Shown here: one piece after another, positions 9,397 through 16,597 of the stretch
Numbering within the stretch: position 1 is the first letter of the stretch
Layout: every line of letters begins with the position of its first letter
Assembly (NCBI RefSeq): GCF_002257645.1
Contig: NZ_NQMO01000001.1
Coordinates: 574,065-606,064, forward strand
Direction: 5' to 3'
Origin: Paenibacillus sp. XY044
GTDB lineage: Bacteria; Bacillota; Bacilli; Paenibacillales; Paenibacillaceae
DNA length: 32,000 nt
The notes under the pieces: model-generated
What the model was told of the DNA's origin: nothing
What the model saw: only the letters and a program-made list of their open reading frames with translations
Database searches by the model: none
Program-made: the position numbers and the translations under genes

Positions 9397-10089
9397 ATGA
9401 ATAATAAAATTGAAGTATTGAATTGTGGGTACGTAAGACTGCTAGACTCTTTTGGAGACGACCTGATGGTTGTTAATAACGCTAGAGCATCTTATGATAA
9501 AGAAGTGTCAGAGCTTAGTGAGAAAGATATTCGACTCATCAAATTTTTAGCTCGTGAAGGACATATGTCTCCTTTTAGAACACCACGCTTACAATTTGAA
9601 GTGTATGCCCCTTTGTTTGTGGCTCGTCAGTGGTGGCGCTACACAGTTGATAGTTCACATATTGAAGATGGTACAACTTGGTCGGAATCGAGTAGACGAT
9701 ACATTACTGAAAATACAGAATTTTACCTGCCAGATAAAAACGAGTGGAGAAGTAAACCACTAAACAGTAAACAGGGGTCTGGAGATATTCTTCCGGAGGA
9801 AATCGGTCATATTCTTACAGAAAAATTAGCCCAACTTTACGATGAAGGCGAAAAGCTTTATCAAGTAGCAATGGATATGGGAGCCGCACCAGAGCAGGCC
9901 CGATTATTCCTACCTGCTTATGGATTGATGGTACGCTGGAGATATTCTGCATCACTACAATCTATTTGCCATTTTCTTTCTCAACGCCTAGAACACGATG
10001 CTCAGAAGGAAATCCAAGACTATGCGAAAGCTGTGCTTGAGCTAACCAAAGAAAAATTCCCAGTAAGTATTAAAGAATTAATAAAATAA
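9397..10089 (+). CDS. thyX: Flavin-dependent thymidylate synthase ThyX
   Basis: EGHMSPFR...FEVYAPLFVARQWWRY...SESSRRY fits the ThyX signature (RHR...S.RY type), and the size of 230 aa is consistent. Confidence 0.8.
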   Translation: MNNKIEVLNCGYVRLLDSFGDDLMVVNNARASYDKEVSELSEKDIRLIKFLAREGHMSPFRTPRLQFEVYAPLFVARQWWRYTVDSSHIEDGTTWSESSRRYITENTEFYLPDKNEWRSKPLNSKQGSGDILPEEIGHILTEKLAQLYDEGEKLYQVAMDMGAAPEQARLFLPAYGLMVRWRYSASLQSICHFLSQRLEHDAQKEIQDYAKAVLELTKEKFPVSIKELIK

Positions 10090-10121
10090 CTATATACATA
10101 ATCAAAAAATCGTGGTATATT

Positions 10122-10153
10122 AAGTACAGGAAATCAATCCTGTACTTTTTTCT
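10122..10153 (+). terminator. Rho-independent terminator closing the nrd-dut-thyX operon
   Basis: Perfect 10-bp stem AAGTACAGGA / TCCTGTACTT with loop AATCAA, followed by TTTTTTC. Confidence 0.8.
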
Positions 10154-10186
10154 TTGATAACTAAATAAGGGGAGTGATAGTTAAGA

Positions 10187-10693
10187 GTGTACATGCTTCT
10201 GAATGTAGTACCAACATTGATTTTATTAGTGATCATCAAGTACCGGCATAAACTCTTCGAACAAGAGTGGGATGTTCTTAAGCAGCGCAAAACATGGGAA
10301 TCCATCTTTTATTCATTCTGCATTTCATTTATGGGATACAGTTTACTTACCAGCATCTCATTCTACATGTTAGATCCACCAACGGTACATAAAACTCAGA
10401 CACCAATTATGATTATATACTCGGTATTATTCAGTCCGATATTTGAGGAGTTGATATGTAGAAAGTTCTTACTGAACAAACTAAGTAAATATATAAATAA
10501 TAATTTATCGATATTGGTCAGTTCTTGTGTATTTGCAACTCTTCATTTCGACGTTACAAGTTTTCTTGGATACACCTTCTTGGGAATTGTATGGAGCTTT
10601 TACTACAAAAAAACTAACAGCATCTTCGTACCAATTATAAGCCATTTTTTATTCAATTATTTCGTAATTCTAATTCAATCTGTAAAGGGATGA
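10187..10693 (+). CDS. CPBP-family (CAAX protease / Abi) intramembrane metalloprotease
   Basis: Multi-TM protein with all three CPBP motifs: FEELICRKF (EExxxR), FATLHF (FxxxH) and SHFLFN (HxxxN). GTG at 10187 or ATG at 10193. Confidence 0.75.
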   Translation: MYMLLNVVPTLILLVIIKYRHKLFEQEWDVLKQRKTWESIFYSFCISFMGYSLLTSISFYMLDPPTVHKTQTPIMIIYSVLFSPIFEELICRKFLLNKLSKYINNNLSILVSSCVFATLHFDVTSFLGYTFLGIVWSFYYKKTNSIFVPIISHFLFNYFVILIQSVKG

Positions 10694-10935
10694 TACATAT
10701 TAAAGTTAACGATTTGATCAAACATATTGTTTCAATTTGCTGTGACGGAGAAGTGATCAAAGCAACGAATTTTGTAATGGGTGAAACTTATACATATGAG
10801 GGTAAGAAGTACGAATTAAATGAAGATTTCTATAATGAACTCGTTAAGTACCAGGAGTATTCGAGCAAACCTTTTAAAGTGGTTCGGTTAGGAAATAGCA
10901 AGGTTGTAAACGTAACTGGGAAAAGAGTGCTCTAA
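10690..10935 (+). CDS. hypothetical phage protein
   Basis: The ATG overlaps the CPBP stop (ATGA). Confidence 0.5.
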   Translation: MIHIKVNDLIKHIVSICCDGEVIKATNFVMGETYTYEGKKYELNEDFYNELVKYQEYSSKPFKVVRLGNSKVVNVTGKRVL

Positions 10936-11106
10936 ATGAAGGTTTTTAAAGATCTAATACATATGTTGTTTTGGAGTCGGATGTTTGAGGAAGTTAGAGA
11001 AGGACATAAAGAGATTTGCTACAACCTTGGAAAATCTGATGCAATAAAACAAATGAATAATCAATTTTATATTGAGTTCTCTAATAGCAAAGGAGAGATT
11101 AGATGA
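10936..11106 (+). CDS. hypothetical small protein (56 aa, below the ORF-track cutoff)
   Basis: Hand-translated as MKVFKDLIHMLFWSRMFEEVREGHKEICYNLGKSDAIKQMNNQFYIEFSNSKGEIR. It starts 1 nt after the upstream stop, and its stop overlaps the next ATG (ATGA). Confidence 0.45.
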   Translation: MKVFKDLIHMLFWSRMFEEVREGHKEICYNLGKSDAIKQMNNQFYIEFSNSKGEIR

Positions 11107-11390
11107 AGGTAAAATCAAAGGTTATTGAGCAATATAAGGAACTGTGCCCTTTTAGTTACGCTAAGTGTGAATCAATCACAGATGTTGAATATAAAATCAA
11201 ACGTGCTGTACAACTTGGTACACACATAGCAACTTTTGAGGGTGAGAAGTACATTCAATACTACTATAACTGCTTCGTGGTTAAAGGAAATAAAGTAATA
11301 CATATGTTTAAGAACATGGATAAATACATAGATATTCGAGAATCGGTTAAAACAGCATACGACAGGCTAGAAGGAAAGATATTAGTATGA
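11103..11390 (+). CDS. hypothetical phage protein
   Basis: AAAGGAGAG SD 5 nt upstream of the ATG. Confidence 0.55.
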   Translation: MKVKSKVIEQYKELCPFSYAKCESITDVEYKIKRAVQLGTHIATFEGEKYIQYYYNCFVVKGNKVIHMFKNMDKYIDIRESVKTAYDRLEGKILV

Positions 11391-11788
11391 ATAAAGAAGG
11401 AGGAATGAATCTCATGTGTAAGGCCATTGAATATGGAACTTTTTTAACTGATACATTTAGCAAAATGAAAGAGGATTATGACAAAATAAAAAGCAAAATT
11501 TCTGAGTATGACAAAAAAGTTAATGGCATTTATCACGAAATCGAAACCAGCAACTTGAATGCTTCTGAAGGTTATAAGAAGTATAAAGAGCTCCGCCAAA
11601 CACTTAGGATGAGAAGAGTTCTAAAGCAGGAGTTCTATACCTTAGAGAAACTCATGTATAAGACATTTGATGTCGATAGAATTAGCAGTCAAATACATAA
11701 AACTCTTCAGAGTGCGAAGGCATCTGAAGTTGGCAATCAACAGTATCGAAATGGTTGGGATATCGATGTAGACGTTATTATTGGCTAA
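11387..11788 (+). CDS. hypothetical phage protein (coiled-coil)
   Basis: ATGA overlap with the upstream gene. An internal GAAGGAGG at about 11396-11403 suggests an alternative start at ATG 11414. Confidence 0.55.
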   Translation: MNKEGGMNLMCKAIEYGTFLTDTFSKMKEDYDKIKSKISEYDKKVNGIYHEIETSNLNASEGYKKYKELRQTLRMRRVLKQEFYTLEKLMYKTFDVDRISSQIHKTLQSAKASEVGNQQYRNGWDIDVDVIIG

Positions 11789-11882
11789 TCCATTGAGTTG
11801 ATGAAAGCCGTCTTTTATCAGGATTTTAGGCTAGAAAACAAGAGAATAAGTGAGCAAAAGAGAGAAAATAGGAGAAAGTTAA

Positions 11883-12191
11883 ATGAAGGAAATTAAATAT
11901 TTGCAACATCCTCAAAATGGTGAATGGTATAAGGCAATTGGCAACAATCCAGATGGGACACTAATTCTTGAACCGGCCGCAGAAACCGAAGTCCATTTAA
12001 TGAAAGAAAAAGAAAAATGGGCAGCATGGAATCGTAACATTAATGAATTTAAAGTTGGGGATATCGTTTGGGACGGAGATCGTATTGTTCAAATTACCAA
12101 CCCTCCATTAGATGAATTTATCTCTCGATGTAAGATGATTTGTCCAGTCGAGTGGAGAGTTGATGAACTCAAGGAGGCAACCCATGGATAA
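11883..12191 (+). CDS. hypothetical phage protein
   Basis: AGGAGA SD 7 nt upstream of the ATG. Confidence 0.55.
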   Translation: MKEIKYLQHPQNGEWYKAIGNNPDGTLILEPAAETEVHLMKEKEKWAAWNRNINEFKVGDIVWDGDRIVQITNPPLDEFISRCKMICPVEWRVDELKEATHG

Positions 12192-12516
12192 ACAAACTGA
12201 GCGCCTGATAAGCGCTGATGGAATATTGTCATGGATTAATGGAGTCCTTATAGAAACGGACAGTGAACCGATTAGATATATGTTTTCCTGCTTAAAGGAG
12301 AGATTGGAGAACGGAGCCTTCGACCAAGATCCCATCCCCTTACCCACCTTAAAACCTTGGGATAAGGTACGGCATAAGCAATACCGAACTTCCGGAATCA
12401 TTAATGGAATAGATGAAAAGGGCATCGCTGCATATGTAAGTTGGGAAACCGGACAACAATCGTGGTATCCATTGAATCATTTGGAACTGGCGGAGGCGAG
12501 AGAAGATGTCAAATAA
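12184..12516 (+). CDS. hypothetical phage protein
   Basis: AAGGAGG sits 6 nt upstream of ATG 12184 (MDKQTERL...). The ORF-track start at 12160 lacks an SD. Confidence 0.55.
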   Translation: MDKQTERLISADGILSWINGVLIETDSEPIRYMFSCLKERLENGAFDQDPIPLPTLKPWDKVRHKQYRTSGIINGIDEKGIAAYVSWETGQQSWYPLNHLELAEAREDVK

Positions 12517-12772
12517 ACCAATCAAGCCATCATTTGAAGAAATCAAAATCAAACTGGAACCTGATCAATGTTTCTTTTATCAACGTGAGTCTGACGGAGA
12601 CATTGTTCTGGTGGATGAAATAGAAATATTCGCTTATGCCAAGCAGATTACATTGATTGGAACACATTTTTCAGTCGATTATGAAGATAAAACAATCAAC
12701 AAGGCATCGGATCGGAGCTTCATGAACTTTGAAACCAACCTATTGGGCGAATATTCGGAAGGTGAGGGTTAA
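12506..12772 (+). CDS. hypothetical phage protein
   Basis: Overlaps the upstream gene by 11 nt. 88-aa ORF. Confidence 0.5.
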   Translation: MSNKPIKPSFEEIKIKLEPDQCFFYQRESDGDIVLVDEIEIFAYAKQITLIGTHFSVDYEDKTINKASDRSFMNFETNLLGEYSEGEG

Positions 12773-12774
12773 AG

Positions 12775-12984
12775 ATGTCAGATAATCGGGACTGGCAAGC
12801 AGATATGGAACGGAAAATAGGAGAACTCGTTCAAGTAAAAGGAGATAACATGCGTTACGATTGGACAATTCGTCTCAAAAAGTGGCATGAGGAAACAGGA
12901 CAAAGTATTTACTTTATAACCCGGCCTGGATATGAGGGATGGTTTAGCAACGCAGCTCTAATGGATAAGGAGGCTGAAGCATGA
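12775..12984 (+). CDS. hypothetical phage protein
   Basis: GAGGG SD 6 nt upstream of the ATG. Confidence 0.5.
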   Translation: MSDNRDWQADMERKIGELVQVKGDNMRYDWTIRLKKWHEETGQSIYFITRPGYEGWFSNAALMDKEAEA

Positions 12985-13118
12985 CACCTAATTACTATAT
13001 GATGTGGATTGAACTTGAAGAAGAAATCAGACGCTTAGAAGAAATAGGCCATACAGATATAGATTTAGGAGACCTGCAACGAATCATGCATGAACTATAT
13101 CTAGACAATAGGGATTGA
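12981..13118 (+). CDS. hypothetical small protein (45 aa, below the ORF-track cutoff)
   Basis: Hand-translated as MTPNYYMMWIELEEEIRRLEEIGHTDIDLGDLQRIMHELYLDNRD. ATGA overlap with the upstream stop. Confidence 0.45.
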   Translation: MTPNYYMMWIELEEEIRRLEEIGHTDIDLGDLQRIMHELYLDNRD

Positions 13119-13208
13119 ATATAAGGAGAATGAGGCACGATCAACTAGATCGTGGAACTTAAAAGATTAAATAAAAGTATAGTTTTATCAAAATAAAGGA
13201 GGAGCAAA

Positions 13209-13496
13209 ATGAAGTTATTCAGAGTGAAAAACAAATTTTCTGGTTATGGTTTGGTAACTTATGTTGTATATGCCAAAGACGAATCAGAAGCAATAAACTT
13301 GGCGGGTGAAAAGTTAAGAGAGTATGCGCTTAAAACTAACTATAATGTTAATGAAGCAGCATATGCTCAGGTCGGAATAAAAGTTAATAATATCTTTGAA
13401 TTAATTGATACAGAAGACTACCATACATATTTTAGTGCAAAATGTTTGTCGGAGGATATTGAGGAAGAACAGATTGTTGAGATGCATTATTTCTAA
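13209..13496 (+). CDS. hypothetical phage protein
   Basis: AAAGGAGGAG SD 5 nt upstream of the ATG. Confidence 0.6.
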   Translation: MKLFRVKNKFSGYGLVTYVVYAKDESEAINLAGEKLREYALKTNYNVNEAAYAQVGIKVNNIFELIDTEDYHTYFSAKCLSEDIEEEQIVEMHYF

Positions 13497-13523
13497 TACA
13501 TATTTAGAGGAGCGATTAAATAA

Positions 13524-13694
13524 TTGAATATTGTTTTCTTTTGGATTTGGTTTGTATTTATGATCGTTCAACTCGTATATGTTGGCATTTATAAAACACT
13601 GAAATGGAAGCCATTGAAATGGAATCAATTAGGCTGGTTTTCCTTAGGATTACTCGATGCCTATCTCACTGGTTTGCTACTAAATTGGAGGTAA
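13524..13694 (+). CDS. small membrane protein (56 aa, two predicted TM segments)
   Basis: Hand-translated from TTG 13524 as MNIVFFWIWFVFMIVQLVYVGIYKTLKWKPLKWNQLGWFSLGLLDAYLTGLLLNWR. AGAGGAG lies 11 nt upstream. An alternative ATG at 13560 gives 44 aa. Confidence 0.4.
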   Translation: MNIVFFWIWFVFMIVQLVYVGIYKTLKWKPLKWNQLGWFSLGLLDAYLTGLLLNWR

Positions 13695-13695
13695 T

Positions 13696-13836
13696 ATGAA
13701 GAAAATTCTAAAGAACTTATGGAATGTTCACAGAGAACAATATCCCACTGACAAAGAAGAATGGATTGTCTTTATCTCTATCTATGTAATTATGCTGCTA
13801 ATTTGTTTAATGGGATACTCGGCTACTTACCTATAA
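13696..13836 (+). CDS. small membrane protein (46 aa, one predicted TM segment)
   Basis: Hand-translated as MKKILKNLWNVHREQYPTDKEEWIVFISIYVIMLLICLMGYSATYL. GGAGG lies 4 nt upstream. Confidence 0.45.
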   Translation: MKKILKNLWNVHREQYPTDKEEWIVFISIYVIMLLICLMGYSATYL

Positions 13837-13877
13837 CCAAATAAAAACCATATTTTATAGTGAAAGGAGTGTAATAC

Positions 13878-14120
13878 ATGTTTATCGGTTTCCCTTTAAG
13901 TGGAGCGTTATGGGGATTTGTAATTATGGTGGCCAGTATTATATTTTGGAACCTACAAACATTTGTTTTTTCTCTGTTATTGATGATCATATGCTTAATT
14001 ACAACGTACAGACTGTATGAATATTCACAATGGAAAGGAATGCAGCATGATAAACAATTTAAAGGATTACATAACTCTGATTTGCAGTTTGATGATAATG
14101 ATTCCACTATTAAAAGATAA
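13878..14120 (+). CDS. small membrane protein (80 aa, two predicted TM segments)
   Basis: GAAAGGAG SD 8 nt upstream. The N-terminal half is hydrophobic and the tail is polar. Confidence 0.55.
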   Translation: MFIGFPLSGALWGFVIMVASIIFWNLQTFVFSLLLMIICLITTYRLYEYSQWKGMQHDKQFKGLHNSDLQFDDNDSTIKR

Positions 14121-14155
14121 AATACATAGCTGGCTGAAAAAGAGGAGAGAGTATT

Positions 14156-14488
14156 TTGAAAAATGAAATTGTTCAATACTTTGTAGTAAACAAAGAACTC
14201 AATATGTCACCAGGTAAAATAGCGGCACAAGTAGCGCATGTAGCAACTAACATTACCCACAATGATAACGAAACAAGATTGTGGAGTGAATGGTATGCAA
14301 ATGACCAACCGAAAATCATCCTTCGAGGAAAAGAAAGGGATTTACTTAAACTCATCGAGCAGGGATGGTATTACATACGAGATAATGGAAGGACAGAGAT
14401 TCCAGAGAATTCTTTGACAGTCGTAGGTTGTGCTCCAAATTATAAGTCTGAGCTTCATAAGCAGGTAAAAAGGTTTCAGCTTCTTTAG
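14156..14488 (+). CDS. PTH2-family (archaeal/eukaryotic-type) peptidyl-tRNA hydrolase
   Basis: SPGKIAAQVAHVA ... W..NDQPKIILRG ... IRDNGRTEIPENSLTVVGCAP ... FQLL is colinear with the PTH2 family as I remember it (GKGKIAAQVAHAA ... GQPKIVVK ... DAGKTQ..PGT.T.LGIGP ... LKLL). TTG start after an AAGAGGAGAGAG SD. Confidence 0.75.
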   Translation: MKNEIVQYFVVNKELNMSPGKIAAQVAHVATNITHNDNETRLWSEWYANDQPKIILRGKERDLLKLIEQGWYYIRDNGRTEIPENSLTVVGCAPNYKSELHKQVKRFQLL

Positions 14489-14522
14489 TAATAGAGGTGT
14501 TGAACAATGCATTTTAAGAGGA

Positions 14523-14753
14523 GTGATTATTATTTATCTTAGTGAAGCCATCAAAAAAAGACAGCAACTACTAGAAAAAGCTCAAGCAATGGAAAAATGG
14601 GCATTAGATCAGGAGCATGGAACTAAGCAGTTAGTTTGGTTCGAGATGAAAAAAGCAATTAATCAAGTCATCGAAGATACATATGAGGAATGGCAGAGGT
14701 ACAACGAAGCCGTTGAAAAGGATATTAATCAACTGCAAATAGAAATCAGATGA
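14523..14753 (+). CDS. hypothetical phage protein (start uncertain)
   Basis: The ORF-track GTG at 14523 overlaps the last base of the SD AAGAGGAG (14516-14523). An in-frame ATT at 14532 has 8-nt spacing. Confidence 0.45.
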   Translation: MIIIYLSEAIKKRQQLLEKAQAMEKWALDQEHGTKQLVWFEMKKAINQVIEDTYEEWQRYNEAVEKDINQLQIEIR

Positions 14754-14780
14754 AACATAAACTTGTAGGAAGTGATAAAA

Positions 14781-15263
14781 ATGCTTGTACTGGGTAAGAC
14801 CGAATTGATGCAACTTCTAACCGATCAATTGACAATCATGCTCAGACGAAAACCGAAGAGTGTTGACTTGCATGTTGATTGGACTTATATCGACTACGAT
14901 AAGAAAAATAGAGAGTACTATTTTGATACAAAGAAGAAAGATTGGAAATATATAATTAAACTTCATGATGGATATACATATAGATATCTCGATACGGTTT
15001 GTGTTAGACAATTGATTAGGCATGAGTATTTGGACGCTAAGGACATACATATCGATATTCGTATTAAAGACAATTTTGATTTATTGAACACCAAGACAAT
15101 TGAAGAGGTTGTTAAATTAATGGATATTACGGCAAATATAGAACTTGATAATGAAGTATTATTAAGCAAAGAGGAAATTAAAAACCTAATTGATCTTTCT
15201 CTGGACATGGGGAACAAAGAAATGTTTATGGAGTATACGGCACAATACAATAGTTATATATAA
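14781..15263 (+). CDS. hypothetical phage protein with a C-terminal IDEAL-like motif
   Basis: ATG 14781 lies 8 nt after the AGGAAG SD. The C-terminal LIDLSLDMGNKEMFMEYT resembles the IDEAL-domain consensus (IDEALD.GDKE.F..LT). Confidence 0.55.
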   Translation: MLVLGKTELMQLLTDQLTIMLRRKPKSVDLHVDWTYIDYDKKNREYYFDTKKKDWKYIIKLHDGYTYRYLDTVCVRQLIRHEYLDAKDIHIDIRIKDNFDLLNTKTIEEVVKLMDITANIELDNEVLLSKEEIKNLIDLSLDMGNKEMFMEYTAQYNSYI

Positions 15264-15275
15264 AATAAAAATACA

Positions 15276-15304
15276 TATACTATTACTTTATAATGTGATA
15301 TAAT
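15276..15304 (+). promoter_or_regulatory. Extended -10 promoter for the actin-like cassette
   Basis: TGaTATAAT at 15296-15304, with a weak -35 TATACT at 15276-15281 (17-nt spacer). It lies in a 114-nt intergenic gap. Confidence 0.45.
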
Positions 15305-15377
15305 CTCTAATATAAGATGTAGCACAAAAGGGAACAGGGCGCCACGCTGTGTCTCTCTTTATATTGGGAGGTTAATC

Positions 15378-16325
15378 ATGAGTTCAGAATTATGTGTGTT
15401 TGATCTTGGATTCAGTTGGTCTAAAGGTAAGAAGAAGAATAAACTATATCTGCAGCCTTCTATTTATGGTGAAGGAAAGCCGATCTTTGAAGGAAGTATT
15501 AAGCAAGATGATTTTATCTTCAACGAAGATCTGTTTGTGGGCAAACTAGCTTTAAGACATAGTGACATCAAATATTTCTCACTTAATGACAATAAAACCG
15601 AAGCAATGACATCCGATGTTCTTATGAAGACCGGATTAGGATATCTAAATGGTAACAATCCATTTAACCTGGTTACTGGTTTGCCTGTTAAATTCTACTT
15701 CTCACAGAAAGACCATATGAAAGATATGATCGAGAGACTTGGGACATCAGAGAAATATGAAGTTAAAAAGGGAAATGGAAAGCCTCACATCATTAAGCTA
15801 AATATAGATAAATACAAAATTGTACCACAGGGATATGGTATTGCAATGGACTTTCTTCTTACCTCAGATGGTAGAATTAAAAATAGTGGAATAGCTAAGA
15901 AAAAGATACTCGTTATTGACCTTGGTTTCTATACATTAAATCTTCTTGGTTTAGACAAGATGGAAATTATGAAGGAGTCAACTAGCATTATATTAGGTGT
16001 TGAAAAGGCATATAGACTCCTTCAGACATATCTCCAAAAAGTAGTGGGCAAGTCTCCATCAATTTATGAAATGGATGCCTGCGTTATAGAGGGAAAGTAT
16101 GAGGGGTATGATATCAGACCATTAATTCAAAAAGCCTTTAAACCTTTATCAAAACAGATTCAAAATGAAGTCGAAAGCCTGAATATTAATTTTGATTATC
16201 ATCTGATTGGAGGAGGTGCAGCCCATAATGTATTTGAACAAATTAACCTACCCAACAAAATTCTCTTTGATCAACTAGCACAAATAAGAGGCTATGAAAA
16301 TGTAGGTGTTCGGTTATGGAAATGA
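15378..16325 (+). CDS. Actin-like ATPase of the ParM/Alp superfamily
   Basis: The actin-fold motifs appear in order: phosphate-1 VFDLGFSWSKG, phosphate-2 VIDLGFYTLNL, adenosine motif HLIGGGAAH. The length is 315 aa and a GGGAGG SD is present. Confidence 0.7.
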   Translation: MSSELCVFDLGFSWSKGKKKNKLYLQPSIYGEGKPIFEGSIKQDDFIFNEDLFVGKLALRHSDIKYFSLNDNKTEAMTSDVLMKTGLGYLNGNNPFNLVTGLPVKFYFSQKDHMKDMIERLGTSEKYEVKKGNGKPHIIKLNIDKYKIVPQGYGIAMDFLLTSDGRIKNSGIAKKKILVIDLGFYTLNLLGLDKMEIMKESTSIILGVEKAYRLLQTYLQKVVGKSPSIYEMDACVIEGKYEGYDIRPLIQKAFKPLSKQIQNEVESLNINFDYHLIGGGAAHNVFEQINLPNKILFDQLAQIRGYENVGVRLWK

Positions 16326-16597
16326 AAATCTTGAGAGCACGATTACGAAAACATAAAGACAAAGATCTGCAAGAAGCAATGAGCAAAATACCTATATATT
16401 ATGATCAAAGCGATATTATAAGAGAAGCCTTAAGACAGTTTTTATTTGGTCATCAAGGAAGAGAACCGCAATTACTTGGTAGTGAAATCATGAAGGATAT
16501 TGGTAAAGTAGAAGAGGAAGAATTAGTTGAATTAGAAGAAATTGAGGTAACTGATGAAGATTTAGAGGCGAAGTTAGATGAGTTTATTTTAAAGTAG
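16316..16597 (+). CDS. Ribbon-helix-helix-like small DNA-binding protein with an acidic tail (ParR-like adaptor candidate)
   Basis: The basic N-terminus KILRARLRKHKDKDL is followed by helices ending IIREALRQFLF. The C-terminus is highly acidic (VEEEELVELEEIEVTDEDLEAKLDEFILK). It overlaps the actin-like gene by 10 nt. Confidence 0.5.
   Translation: MEMKILRARLRKHKDKDLQEAMSKIPIYYDQSDIIREALRQFLFGHQGREPQLLGSEIMKDIGKVEEEELVELEEIEVTDEDLEAKLDEFILK

Noticed and set aside
13136-13154. Hairpin CACGATC-aacta-GATCGTG in the 13119-13208 intergenic region as a terminator
   Set aside because: It is only 7 bp and is not followed by a U-tract. A 10-codon mini-ORF (ATG 13129) spans it. There is not enough support for any call.
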